Positions 10,919-21,523 are shown, numbered from the stretch's first letter. The stretch is DNA of 21,794 bases from Coniocarpon cinnabarinum (GCA_051942205.1 JAVECO010000101.1:62001-83794); one strand, 5' to 3'. Notes: a model not told the origin generated them from the letters alone. Numbers and translations are program-made.

Positions 10919-12409
10919 ATGGCGTTCGATCGGCATCGTGCAACCCTGGCTGGTATCGCTTCTTTTCTTCTGACTCTGCTTCTTTTTCAAGCATTTGCAA
11001 ATCCGCAGATATGGCAGGGTTCCTATTCGTGGACCACTCAACAGTCGGCAGAGGACCCAACTCTGGCGGTGCGAGAGCTGCTGGCACCACATCTCGGTGC
11101 AGGACATTTCAAGTTCACGCGAAAGCACATCCGTGTAAGACAGGGCGCCAGGCCGGACAATCGGTCGCTGCCCGCATTGGACACGGCGTTTGATCCGTAC
11201 TTCGTCGCGACCGCGGACTTGAGTCAGGCCAGTATGTTCGAGACGCTGCGGCAACTGGGAGAGCCTCAGACGCTGAACCTGGAGCTGCCGAGTCCGCAGT
11301 ATCGCGAGCACCCGGTAAGGCTCATGTTTGCACTAGCGACCGACGTCCAGCACCTGAGCGACAATCTGGAGCACATGCAATTCTGGATGAGACAAAAAGG
11401 GGTTAGCATCTTCGCCTTGGTGCCTCCAGATGAGCGTGCCCTGGAGCTACAAGCAGCCTGGCAAAAGTTTGGGGTCGACATTACCATTGAGCAATTAGAT
11501 GTGTCCTTCTTTGACGGTTTGCTAGCGCTGATTCCGAAGATGCATGCATTGGCGGAGAGCAAATACAAAGGTAACATCGAATGGTTCACCATCTTAGATG
11601 ACGACACTTTCATCCCTTCGGTGAGCCGTTTCGCGTCGACTCTTGCAGCGTACGACCACGAGCGGCCTTTTTACATTGGCGGAATGTCGGAACCGAAGGC
11701 GGATCTCTCCGGAATCGGGTACTTTGCGTACGGAGGCGCCGGCATGGTCTTCAGTAAGGGGCTGGTGGAGGAGTTGTCGCCTCAAATGCCCGAATGTATC
11801 AAGACGGCGAGCGTGGAATGGGGAGGGGATGGGCGGCTGGCTGAATGCGTCACTCGCTACACGCAAACCCGGCTGACGTATCTCCGCGACCTTCATCAGA
11901 TGGACATTGTCGGTGACCAAAGCGGCATCTACGAATCTGGGTTTAAGCCGCTGACACTGCACCACTGGCGAGGATGGACCAACACCAGCGTTCCGATGCC
12001 CAAGGTCGCGCAGGTGGCCGCTCTCACCGGTGGAAGGGGTCTCTTTCAACGATTCCGTTTCAGTGACGGTTACGTGCTCACGAATGGATTCAGCCTCGTC
12101 AAATATCAAGCGCTGGCAGAACAGTCGACGAATCCCGAGGCAGGCGGGACGGTGGCCGCGAGTGAAAATACCGGTGCCATAGACTTCACCAAGACAGAGT
12201 TCACGTGGGCCAACGGCCAGATGTGGGAATTCGACCATAGTCTCGGTCCGTTCAGACCCAAACACCTGCCCGCAGAAAAGAAGAGCTGGTATTTCGTGGA
12301 TAGCATAGCGGAGGGTCAAGAAGGCGCGGGGCCTGTCCGACAGCTGTATTTGGCCAAAGGCGAGAAACATCAACTGCCCGAGGCGGTCGAACTGATTTGG
12401 ACACAGTGA
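10919..12409 (+). CDS. Fringe-like/DUF604 glycosyltransferase (CAZy GT31), type II membrane protein (~496 aa)
   Basis: N-terminal TM (LAGIASFLLTLLLFQAFA). WFTILDDDTF DxD motif, YIGGMSE, FAYGGAG, GGDGRLAEC and LHQMDIVGD..GIYESG..PLTLHHW. First ATG is at 10919. Confidence 0.92.
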   Translation: MAFDRHRATLAGIASFLLTLLLFQAFANPQIWQGSYSWTTQQSAEDPTLAVRELLAPHLGAGHFKFTRKHIRVRQGARPDNRSLPALDTAFDPYFVATADLSQASMFETLRQLGEPQTLNLELPSPQYREHPVRLMFALATDVQHLSDNLEHMQFWMRQKGVSIFALVPPDERALELQAAWQKFGVDITIEQLDVSFFDGLLALIPKMHALAESKYKGNIEWFTILDDDTFIPSVSRFASTLAAYDHERPFYIGGMSEPKADLSGIGYFAYGGAGMVFSKGLVEELSPQMPECIKTASVEWGGDGRLAECVTRYTQTRLTYLRDLHQMDIVGDQSGIYESGFKPLTLHHWRGWTNTSVPMPKVAQVAALTGGRGLFQRFRFSDGYVLTNGFSLVKYQALAEQSTNPEAGGTVAASENTGAIDFTKTEFTWANGQMWEFDHSLGPFRPKHLPAEKKSWYFVDSIAEGQEGAGPVRQLYLAKGEKHQLPEAVELIWTQ

Positions 12410-13307
12410 ACTCCACATGAACGAGCTCCTTGCATGCTTACCGGCACGTCCAATTCAGCGGTGAAGTCTGCAGCGGCGGAATAGGAGTGCAGAGGTGCGA
12501 CGTCATTGCTCCCTTTGATAGAGGGAAGTGGATGTGTGCATATGGGCATATTGTATTGAAGGTGTTCTATGAGGCCAGACACTTCAGCTTCTCTGGTAAC
12601 CAGCCTTGAGCCAACCACTCAGCGTAGCGAAAGGCGGCTTCCTCACCTTGAAAGCTGGCGGTCGACCCGCATTCCGTCCAGGACCACCAAGACGCATCGG
12701 TGCATGCCCAGCGCCGCCAGAGTCCGACAGACAAGCGCTTGACCGTTGTTCCAGCCGTTTTGGTGCGACCAGGGGGAGCCACGGGCAAGGAGCCGAGGAG
12801 GCCTCAGACTGACACGACACCGACACCGACACTTGGCCCGCCCGCCACTTGCCTCCGTCACCGGCTGTTTTGGTTGACCGCTGCGTCGTGCAAGTGCAGC
12901 AGGAGCGGCCGCTGCCAGCCACTGCGAGGGCGAGGGACGGCCACTCGGTCGCCGTCAATACTGGGACTGGGGTTGCATCGATGACGCCAGTGGTCACGCT
13001 CGCCCAAGGGACGCTGCAGCCAGCGCCCGTCGCGATGCTGCGCGATGCCATCGGTATTGGAGCCATTCGCGTTGTATGAAATCACTTTTCGAGAAACGGT
13101 ACACCGTGGGCCAAGCCACGCTCTTCCTGGGCGCCAATGTACATGAGCGGGGGTATTTGGGGGACTCGCGATTTGTAAAAAGAAAACTCTCAGGCGACGG
13201 ACGGACGTGCTCCTCGCGCACCGCTCTGTCCCGGAAAATGGTCAGCTCGACGCAGGCCAGGGCTGTGTCACGTCCGCCCACTCGCAAGGGGGCTGCTTCA
13301 TACCGTG

Positions 13308-13460
13308 TCATCCATCGTCGCAACAGTCGTCACACGGCCCGCCGTGCTGGATCGTCTTGCAGTTCTTCTTGTCGCAATCCTGTACCCTCGAGTCGGCACA
13401 AGGCGTTTTCTCCTCGACGCTGTGGCCACAGTCGTACTCGTGCGTCACATAGGTGCACAT
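13308..13460 (-). CDS. 50-aa Cys/His-rich microprotein MCTYVTHEYDCGHSVEEKTPCADSRVQDCDKKNCKTIQHGGPCDDCCDDG
   Basis: GCCACCATG start context preceded by an A-rich leader, and TATAAG about 130 nt upstream. It has 8 Cys and 3 His with MC...YxCGH...CxxC spacing, a pattern I recognise from small uncharacterised fungal proteins. No signal peptide. Confidence 0.7.
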   Translation of the reverse strand: MCTYVTHEYDCGHSVEEKTPCADSRVQDCDKKNCKTIQHGGPCDDCCDDG

Positions 13461-13586
13461 GGTGGCTGCTTTTTTTCTTTCTTTCGGAAAGATGGGGTTG
13501 GTGGTGAGACCCTGGAGGGAGAGGTGGGCGCTGCCGGGTGGCGTACGTGGTTGAACGGTTTGGGGTCGCGGAAAGGAAGCCAGTGG

Positions 13587-13592
13587 CTTATA
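13587..13592 (-). promoter_or_regulatory. TATA-like element (TATAAG) for the Cys-rich microprotein; a second TATAAA lies at 13797-13802
   Basis: Both elements follow CT-rich tracts on the minus strand and point toward the ATG at 13460. Confidence 0.45.
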
Positions 13593-14367
13593 GAGAAGGA
13601 GGACTGGCAGCACTAATCCAACGCCCGATCACCGTGTAGGTTGATTGACTCGTCGGGGACATGAATAACGCTCAAGAAAATACACTCGAGGCGGCTTCAA
13701 GGCAGACGGAAGGCTCACCAGTCAGACAGCTCCAATGTGAACGGCTGAGGACGGGAGATTTGCAGACGGCGCAACGTTCGCAGGGATAGCGGAGAATTTA
13801 TAACGAGCGAGAGAGGAGAAAAAAAGAGGGAAAGTCGCCAGCGTGGAGGCGAGGACGCAACGCGCATCTCACGCTTGGATGGACCAAGCCCATGGAACGT
13901 CCAACCTTGCACTGGCCGGCACGCGGAGGCAAACGCCGCCCTAGCTGGGCGGAGCACTTGAGCGTCCAAGAGCGTGGAATGGGGTAGAGGGAGATGAGTA
14001 TTGGCGAGTATTGAGGAGAAGAGAGCTCAGGGTGCCCAATGGGCTAGCCAACAAAGAGGGAGAAGCCAACAGTAATCATATCGGCTGTGGCAGCGGTGGG
14101 GGGGCACACAGGCAGGACTGCCAAAAATACGGGCGACGGAGAGCCTGGAAGAGAGGTGTGGCCCGGCATGTGCCAGCAGAAGTGTTTTGGGGGAGGGGGA
14201 AAGGATTGCAATTTGCGCTCGCTCATTTCGTGTGTGAATTTTTTGGGGGGGGTGCAAGGCAGAGTGGTGCACGTAGTGGTGTAGATGAACGCCGGAACTA
14301 GTGCGCGGCATCCCTGGCGATCCCCACCGCTGCCAGGCGTCCCGCGATTCGTGTCCATGGGCTGCGC

Positions 14368-14393
14368 TGGGCTACTCCGTTGGGCTACTCCGT
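14368..14393. repeat. Perfect 13-bp tandem duplication TGGGCTACTCCGT x2
   Basis: Copies at 14368-14380 and 14381-14393, with degenerate GGCTGC-type partial copies on both sides. Confidence 0.9.
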
Positions 14394-14452
14394 ATGCTGG
14401 CTGCTCCCCCCCGCCCGCACTCTTTTTTCATGTACGTCCAGTAGTGCTCAAG

Positions 14453-15250
14453 CTACGTGGGAAGACGAGGGCACCTGGGATGGAGGGAGGAGAAGGCACG
14501 CGATGGAGCTGTGGAGCCAACCTGCGATCTCTGGTCCCATCCGCTATCATCGCCGGCGTCGTCGGTGACGCTGCTGCTGCTGCTGCTACCACGGCTCCTG
14601 CGACTATCATCGCTGCTGCTCCTCGCTGTCGTCGTCCTGCTCCTGCAGCGGCGACCTGCGTCAAGGTGCAGCACCTGTTGCCGAGCCGCATCGGGGGCAC
14701 GCCTCGTGTTCAGCCAGGCCCGCCGCCGATGCCGCTTTGGGCGCGCCGACGCGTCCCTCTCGGTCTTTGCACGCCAGCGCGGATCCCGTCGATCATGGGG
14801 ACGAGGTCCTGAAGCAGCAGGTGTGCAAGGAACGCCTCCATCAAGCTCTGCTGCTGCGGTTGCAGCCTGCAGCTCCCACGCCAGACGGCGTCCACCAACA
14901 CACACGCCATCGCCTGGGAGCCGTCAGAGCAGCACACCGTCTCGACCTTCGACGAGCCGAGACATGGCTCCCTGATCGCGACCATGGGTGGTGCCCCGGC
15001 CTGCAGCAACCAAGTCGGCACGCGGTCGCCCAGATGGCTCTAGCTCGGCTGTATGCAGCCCTTTTCGAGTTTCTTCTTTCCTGATGACAATCCCCCCCTC
15101 CCAATCTGCACCGCGCATGGGTTGCGCCATCGGCCAGGGGAGCATGGCACGGGCGGCCACTCAGGTCCGCCGGCTGATGAATCACGGGGCGATGCGTCGC
15201 TGCGCCGCGCACGACGACCCCGGCAGCATCACAGCGGAGGAGCTCCTAGG
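14453..15250 (-). pseudogene. Possible degraded or unresolved coding sequence
   Basis: GC-rich DNA with protein-like segments in different minus frames (ACVLVDAVWR...SLMEAFLAHLLLQDLVPMIDGIRAG; SSSDDSRRSRGSSSSSSVTDDAGDDSGWDQRSQVGSTAPSR). I could not build a clean start or splice model. Confidence 0.2.
14570..14587. repeat. (GCT)6 microsatellite within trinucleotide-rich low-complexity DNA
   Basis: Directly visible. CTATCATCGC also occurs twice, once on each side (~14544 and ~14604). Confidence 0.9.
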
Positions 15251-15935
15251 CGGCGAGCGGTGGCGACGACCGGGGGCATGAAAGGATAATTAGAGTTGGA
15301 TGGCAGGTGGGCAGTATGCAGATGATGCGACAGGCGTCGAGGCGATCCCGGCCCAGGGCGAGGATGCCGGTGCGTCTTTTGCGGTCTGGCGTGCCTGCTG
15401 AGTACCGATAAGGGCAACTTGGCCCCACTGCACCTTCTCTGCTGGGGGGTTGTCTCACTGTGCTCGGTGCGTGTCTGTCTCACTGCCATCAATGGATTCC
15501 TCTGACTGAGCTTCTGACTGTCTCTGCTCTCTCTCACGACCGAGGCCCGCAGCTCAAGACATGCGGCTGTTGCGGCGACGTCGTCACGTCCGGCAGCCTC
15601 CGTGCCAGGTGATCGTTCTGCTCGTGGGCGAATCATAAAGACCCCGCTAGCGACAGAGGGCCTGGGCGGTCTGTGCTGTCACGCCTGTGGTCGGGGTCCG
15701 CGCTTTGTCTGCTTGGTCGAGCTACATACACACCTACACTCCTACACACCTACAGCTGGAGCACCTCACAGTCCCGTGCGTTGCTGCCCCCATCAGTGTC
15801 ATCTCCTGCCCACGTGCCTCCCTTCCATGGACTCTGCTCAACGAGCCACGGTGACCGCAGCCTCTGCCAGGCCTCCTACATCATCGCCCCAAGCTCCATC
15901 CAAACAGCTGGCCCAACGTCCTCCGCCTGCTTCCG

Positions 15936-16003
15936 GTGGGCATGACGCGCAATACAAAACCCAGCGATCCTGCTCGCGAGGGCGTGGATGTCTGACACTC
16001 TAG
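15936..16003 (+). other. Probable 68-nt spliceosomal intron in the leader of the 16186 ORF
   Basis: GTGGGC donor, TCTGAC branch site and CTCTAG acceptor, with spacing and size like the other introns in this window. Confidence 0.45.
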
Positions 16004-16185
16004 AGCATCTGCTGATCCTCGTCCAATTTCTCTGTCATAAGAGCCAGCTTCCACAATCGTCCTCGTACCTCGTATCAGACTACCTACACTGCAGACCCAC
16101 AAGCGAAACGCTCTAGTGTCGACGTGCTTACGAACTACGCTTGTGTCATTGGCAAAGCCCCTGGCAGATCTACGCCAATCACAAT

Positions 16186-16428
16186 ATGCCTTCCCCTCCG
16201 ACTTCGTTCCTTTCGCTTGCCCCTCAAGTTCATGCACATTGGAAAGCCGTGCCGTCGCCAAAGACGTCTGACTCTGCCCCGGCCCATCAGCCAGAAATCA
16301 GCCCAGCCAGCAGCGGTCTCAGTGAGACTCGCGCTCGGAGCCACAGCGTGGGCAGCTCCAATGAGGTCTGCCCGATCGTTGGCGATGTGTCCAGCTGTAA
16401 TTCGCATTCGTTTCTCCGGATGGTTTGA
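16186..16428 (+). CDS. 80-aa Ser/Pro-rich small protein MPSPPTSFLSLAPQ...RARSHSVGSS...HSFLRMV
   Basis: CAATCACAAT-ATG fungal-type start context. The MPSP..FLSL / RxxSxS / FLR-K architecture resembles small uncharacterised Pezizomycotina proteins (from memory, unverified). Converges on the NUDIX gene. Confidence 0.6.
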   Translation: MPSPPTSFLSLAPQVHAHWKAVPSPKTSDSAPAHQPEISPASSGLSETRARSHSVGSSNEVCPIVGDVSSCNSHSFLRMV

Positions 16429-16646
16429 GGCGGAAATCGCAGCCCCGAAAGCCGTGGATGTGTCACGTCATTCCAGATCACGACGAGCCTGTCACGGCTG
16501 CAGGAGCGGTTGCAAGGAGGCTACCAATGATCAAGATGCATTGTGATGGCACGAGAGTCGGAGTGACTCCCCCTGGTCGTGTGGCGACATCGCATGCATG
16601 GGATCCAGGGGATGGCAATTCTGGGACAGGGAGTTGAAACGCTTTT

Positions 16647-17924
16647 TCAAGGAATTAACATTCTTCTTCGTTTCCACACGTACATCACCGCCACAAGCGT
16701 AGCAATAGACCTAGCTGCTAATGTGACGGCAACGCCTCGTCGAACAATGTCATAATAGCCTTCAAGCATTGTTCCTATGGCACTTGAATTGAATCCATGC
16801 TCTGAGGACGACTTGAGCCACGCACGACTCCCGATACTGTTGCCGCTAATGCCTGCCTCTGGCTGACTCTTGTCATGGCCAGCGTCATGGTTGGGATTGA
16901 TTGCGTCCAAACCCAATTCCACCCCAGCTGGCGAATGCAACCGGCCAGACTGAACTTCAGCTTGCTTCCTTCTCCTGAAATGAAACGACATGGCCCATAT
17001 GACGAAGCGCACATCAGGAGGTGAGAATGTTGGGTAAGTCCAGAGACCCAGGGCGTTATGCGGCGGTACGAGATCCAGAAAGTCCGCACAAACGCCGAGT
17101 GTCAAGCCCCACAGCAGCAAAGGCGGAGAAGGCGCTGTTGGCTTGCTCATATGCTCCGGTAAGAAGCTTGGGACAGATATACAATATCTTGATTCGCTTG
17201 GTATCAGTCGAATGGCACTGAACATCATTTGTCCCAGCATGAGGCGGAGGAACCATCTCTTGATCCCGAACTCTTGCTTCGCCAGCCGGCTCGAAACATC
17301 TTGATGCTCTTGGGTTCTCAGCGACGGCGTTAACAAGGCGCGCAGTGGCACCCAATGCGTCGATGCGATTTCGGTCGGTTGCAGGGTTTGAACGGGATTC
17401 GGATCCATAAGGAGGAACACATACGGACACAATACCATCAAAGGGACTTTGCCCCAAGACGTTGTCACAACTCGCTGCGGAAGGTTGCCCACAGCGATGG
17501 CGTTATCGTCACGTAGGTCAATGCCGATTTCTTCTTGGGTTTCTCGAACGGCAGTGGCTTCATCGTCTGCATCCCCAGCGTCTTGTTTCCCGCCAGGCAG
17601 AGCGATGTGTCCTTGCCATCGATCGCCCTGTCTGGCTGCTCTCTTAATGAAAAGAACTTCGGCTTCACCTCGAATTACCCAATCTTGTTCGAAAAAGGAG
17701 CCAAGAGCAGCAGAGACGTTCTGCTCCGGGCCGACCACATCTTGACTCCGTATCTCGGCGTGATCAGGGTAACGGGGATTGATTCTCAGAATAAGTGCCA
17801 CCGAAGCGCGCTTGTCCAGCGTTGAGGGACCCTGCACAGTCGGGAACGGATGAGAGTGTAAGCTAAGGAGGACATCGCGGAGATGGTGCGTATCACCATT
17901 CGTCTGAGGCTCCGACCCAGACAT
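16647..17924 (-). CDS. NUDIX hydrolase (CoA pyrophosphatase PCD1/NUDT7-8-like clade) with C-terminal hydrophobic tail (~425 aa)
   Basis: KRASVALIL and EVLFIKRAARQGDRWQGHIALPGG, then the Nudix box GGKQDAGDADDEATAVRETQEEIGI, and LLLWGLTLG. The C terminus is SIATLVAVMYVWKRRR. First in-frame ATG is at 17924. Confidence 0.92.
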   Translation of the reverse strand: MSGSEPQTNGDTHHLRDVLLSLHSHPFPTVQGPSTLDKRASVALILRINPRYPDHAEIRSQDVVGPEQNVSAALGSFFEQDWVIRGEAEVLFIKRAARQGDRWQGHIALPGGKQDAGDADDEATAVRETQEEIGIDLRDDNAIAVGNLPQRVVTTSWGKVPLMVLCPYVFLLMDPNPVQTLQPTEIASTHWVPLRALLTPSLRTQEHQDVSSRLAKQEFGIKRWFLRLMLGQMMFSAIRLIPSESRYCISVPSFLPEHMSKPTAPSPPLLLWGLTLGVCADFLDLVPPHNALGLWTYPTFSPPDVRFVIWAMSFHFRRRKQAEVQSGRLHSPAGVELGLDAINPNHDAGHDKSQPEAGISGNSIGSRAWLKSSSEHGFNSSAIGTMLEGYYDIVRRGVAVTLAARSIATLVAVMYVWKRRRMLIP

Positions 17925-18370
17925 GAAAGTGGGCTTGTCACGCTCTTCGTCTTCTGAAGAAGAGAGCCAAAACCTAGCAAGCACCGAATCCGGAAGGTGT
18001 TGATTTGATACCCCAGAACGTCCACTACTCCTCCGAGGGTCTTCATTTAAACTTCAACGGCATTTGACACACCTTTTCGTCACTCTGCCGGAGACGAGCG
18101 GCGTCCATATGCGCATGAGTCTCCAATATCACGAGCACAACATTGAGATCGTTGTCTATGAACTTTGAGTACGTCTTCCCAGGGACAGGTTATAAAAAGG
18201 TTGCAAACCCGAAATAAAACTTTCCGTTTTTACTGCCAAGATACTGTGCTCGAAATGGAGAGGAGGTCGAATTTCTAGGTATATCCTCCAAACACGACTA
18301 TTTATTCCCAACTGAACATCGTATCTGTCATTGCATCGGCAAAACATTCATTTGAAGACTGTGAGAAGCA

Positions 18371-19978
18371 ATGCATAAGTATGCAAGAAGAGCCTGCTTG
18401 TCACTACCCTACTCTCTGCAATCTCGGGCCGCTTTTAGGCGTTGCCTTGCAACGGGAGTTAAGAAAGAGGTTTGATCCAGAATTAAACTCAGTCGTTGGA
18501 GAATCTGCTCGCTAAACAAGGATCGCAGGGTGACATTTCTAATGCCTTTGCGAGCTTATCAGGACTGGAATTTAAGCCCCTGGACAACAGTTTCGCACGA
18601 CTCAAAAAGCGTCTCCTTGCCGGTCGCGAAGATGAAGTGGAAGCATCTTGGAACAGACTGTTAGAAAGCCTGCGGGAGGAAATTTCCATCGTCACATCTT
18701 TAGGCTCAAATGTAATCCCAGAGATTGACTTCCAGGACATCGACAATCCGTCTCACAATTTCACCAAAGAACACAAGAAGCGGGGTGTAGCTGTGATTCG
18801 GAATGTCTTGCCCGAGCAGGAAGCACTTTCTTTGAAAGAGGAGCTTCGCCGCTACATCAGAGACAATCCTCTAACTAAGGCCTTCCCTCCCGAGAATCCT
18901 CAAGTGTATGAACTCTACTGGAGCCCAAGTCAGATGAAAGCGCGAGGACATCCTAATCTCATGAAAGCGTACCGGTTTCTATTGCAGCATTGGCACTCTA
19001 AGGACCCACTGGCCAACATATCTGTGGCTCATCCCACAATCTATGCTGATCGACTTCGCATGAGGACTCCCGGTGACAGTCGTTTCGCCTTGGGACCACA
19101 TGTAGACGGTGGTTCCGTGGAGCGGTGGGAAGAAGAAGGTTACGGACTTGGCAACGTCTACGACTCGGTCTTCCAAGGCCGTTGGGAGGAGTACGATCCT
19201 TGGGAAATTTCCTGCAGACTTCCGGTCAAGTCCGATCGCTACAATGGCATCGGGGCCTGCTCTATGTTCAGAGCTCTGCAAGGATGGTTGTCGTTGTCAA
19301 CCGCTGGACCGTTCGAGGGCACGCTCCTGGTCAATCCTCTGCTTGGCCTGGCAACATCGTATTATCTCCTGCGCCCGTTCTTCGCACCTCGACAAGAGAT
19401 GCGCGACTCTTTGGACGACTTCCTGGAGCCGCGTAATTGGAAGTTGCAGGCCGAGCCCGATTCTTGGCTTCAAGGCGCTACTCCAGGTCATGGACAAGAG
19501 TTGCGAACATTTCTTCATCCTCACTTGCGGCTCGACAGCTCGATGGTTCACGTGCCGACTGTCCGGCCTGGAGATTACGTCTCGTGGCACTGCGACACAA
19601 TCCATGCAGTGGATCAAGTCCATATGGGTCGCAGCGACAGCAGCGTCCTCTATATTCCTACATGCCCGTTGACTGAGCTGAATGCTGAATATATGCTTCG
19701 CCAGAGGCGTGCATTTTTGGATGGCACTCCCGGTCCGGACTTTCCAGGTGGTGTGGGAGAGACTAAGCACGTGGGTAAGCCGAACGGTGAGGATGTTGCG
19801 GAGTGGACAGGCGTAGATGGCATGGTAAGCATGTTGGACATGAGGCACAGCTTGAATGCTAACGGGCAAGCAGAGAGGCTTCGGACTGGAGGCATTCGAT
19901 AGTAGTGAACCGAATCTTACGATCGGTCAACGTCAAGTCATGGATCGAGCGAACAAAGTGCTGGAGTTCTATTCATAG
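18371..19978 (+). CDS. DUF1479 (YbiU/Gig2-like) putative non-heme iron oxygenase, predicted mitochondrial; 3 exons: 18371-18469, 18529-19824, 19874-19978 (~499 aa)
   Basis: KRGVAVIRNV, VYELYWSPSQMKARGHPN, YADRLRMRTPGD, LGPHVDGGSVERWE (HxD), and PGDYVSWHCDTIHAVD. Splicing yields KKE|GDISNAFASLSG and DGM|RGFGLE. Exon 1 is an Arg-rich, acid-poor presequence-like segment. Confidence 0.92.
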
Positions 19979-20393
19979 CGCACACCAAGTATGGTCTGCT
20001 GATGGAGTGTGGTATAGCCGTTTTCGAGCAAAGCAGTCCTTCACCGGTTGAATGGTGTATCCATGCTATGCATCTATCACGAGCTTTTGTGAACTTCGTC
20101 GTCGCCTTATCCTCGATTTTGGTCCACTCGCTATCCTGATGCAAGAAAAGGGACACTGTCACACGGTCAAGCACGTCGAGCGGAGTGAAACGTCTGGTCC
20201 AGTCGGAGCATTATCATTGCTTACCCTGCCGGCGCATTGCACCTCCGCATGGCCGTTTTCCGTGTAGCTCTCCGATGATCCGCCGAGGGTGCTAGGGAAG
20301 CTAAGTACCTTGCAGAGCCAGTCTCCAACTATTTACTCTCATTCTTCTGGCGCGTCCTGTACATTTACCCTCTCGCTCGCTCGCTCACCAAAA

Positions 20394-21404
<1,011 letters not shown>

Positions 21405-21523
21405 CAGGTGCGCCTTCACTAAGGAGACGAGCAATTGCTGAACACCATCTGCAGCGGGCGTTCAACGTTGGCATAGGTTTGGGAATGTACGCTACCTTGT
21501 ATGCGGTAAGCCTTAAAAGTGTG

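Noticed and set aside
11594..12418. 274-aa minus-strand ORF, and similar long ORFs at 330-989, 7559-8221 and 19297-19869
   Set aside because: These are antisense shadows of well-supported genes with no independent motifs. The poly-Leu in 7559-8221 is just the reverse of the polyQ repeat.
12584..13085. Overlapping ORFs on both strands downstream of GT31 and the microprotein
   Set aside because: GC-rich open frames with no family signature or convincing start or splice model. They cannot be fully excluded.
12410..16640. Possible telomerase RNA, TPP riboswitch, tRNA, snRNA or transposon in the gene-poor block
   Set aside because: By eye I found no TAACCCTAA template, TPP core, tRNA T-loop/cloverleaf, terminal repeats, transposase/RT motifs or AT-rich RIP-like decay. 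An Rfam and repeat scan would be decisive.
19825..19902. C terminus VSMLDMRH...GGIR of the DUF1479 ORF as given in the track
   Set aside because: It is intron read-through. A GTAAGC donor and GCTAAC branch site lead to a true last exon ending at 19978.
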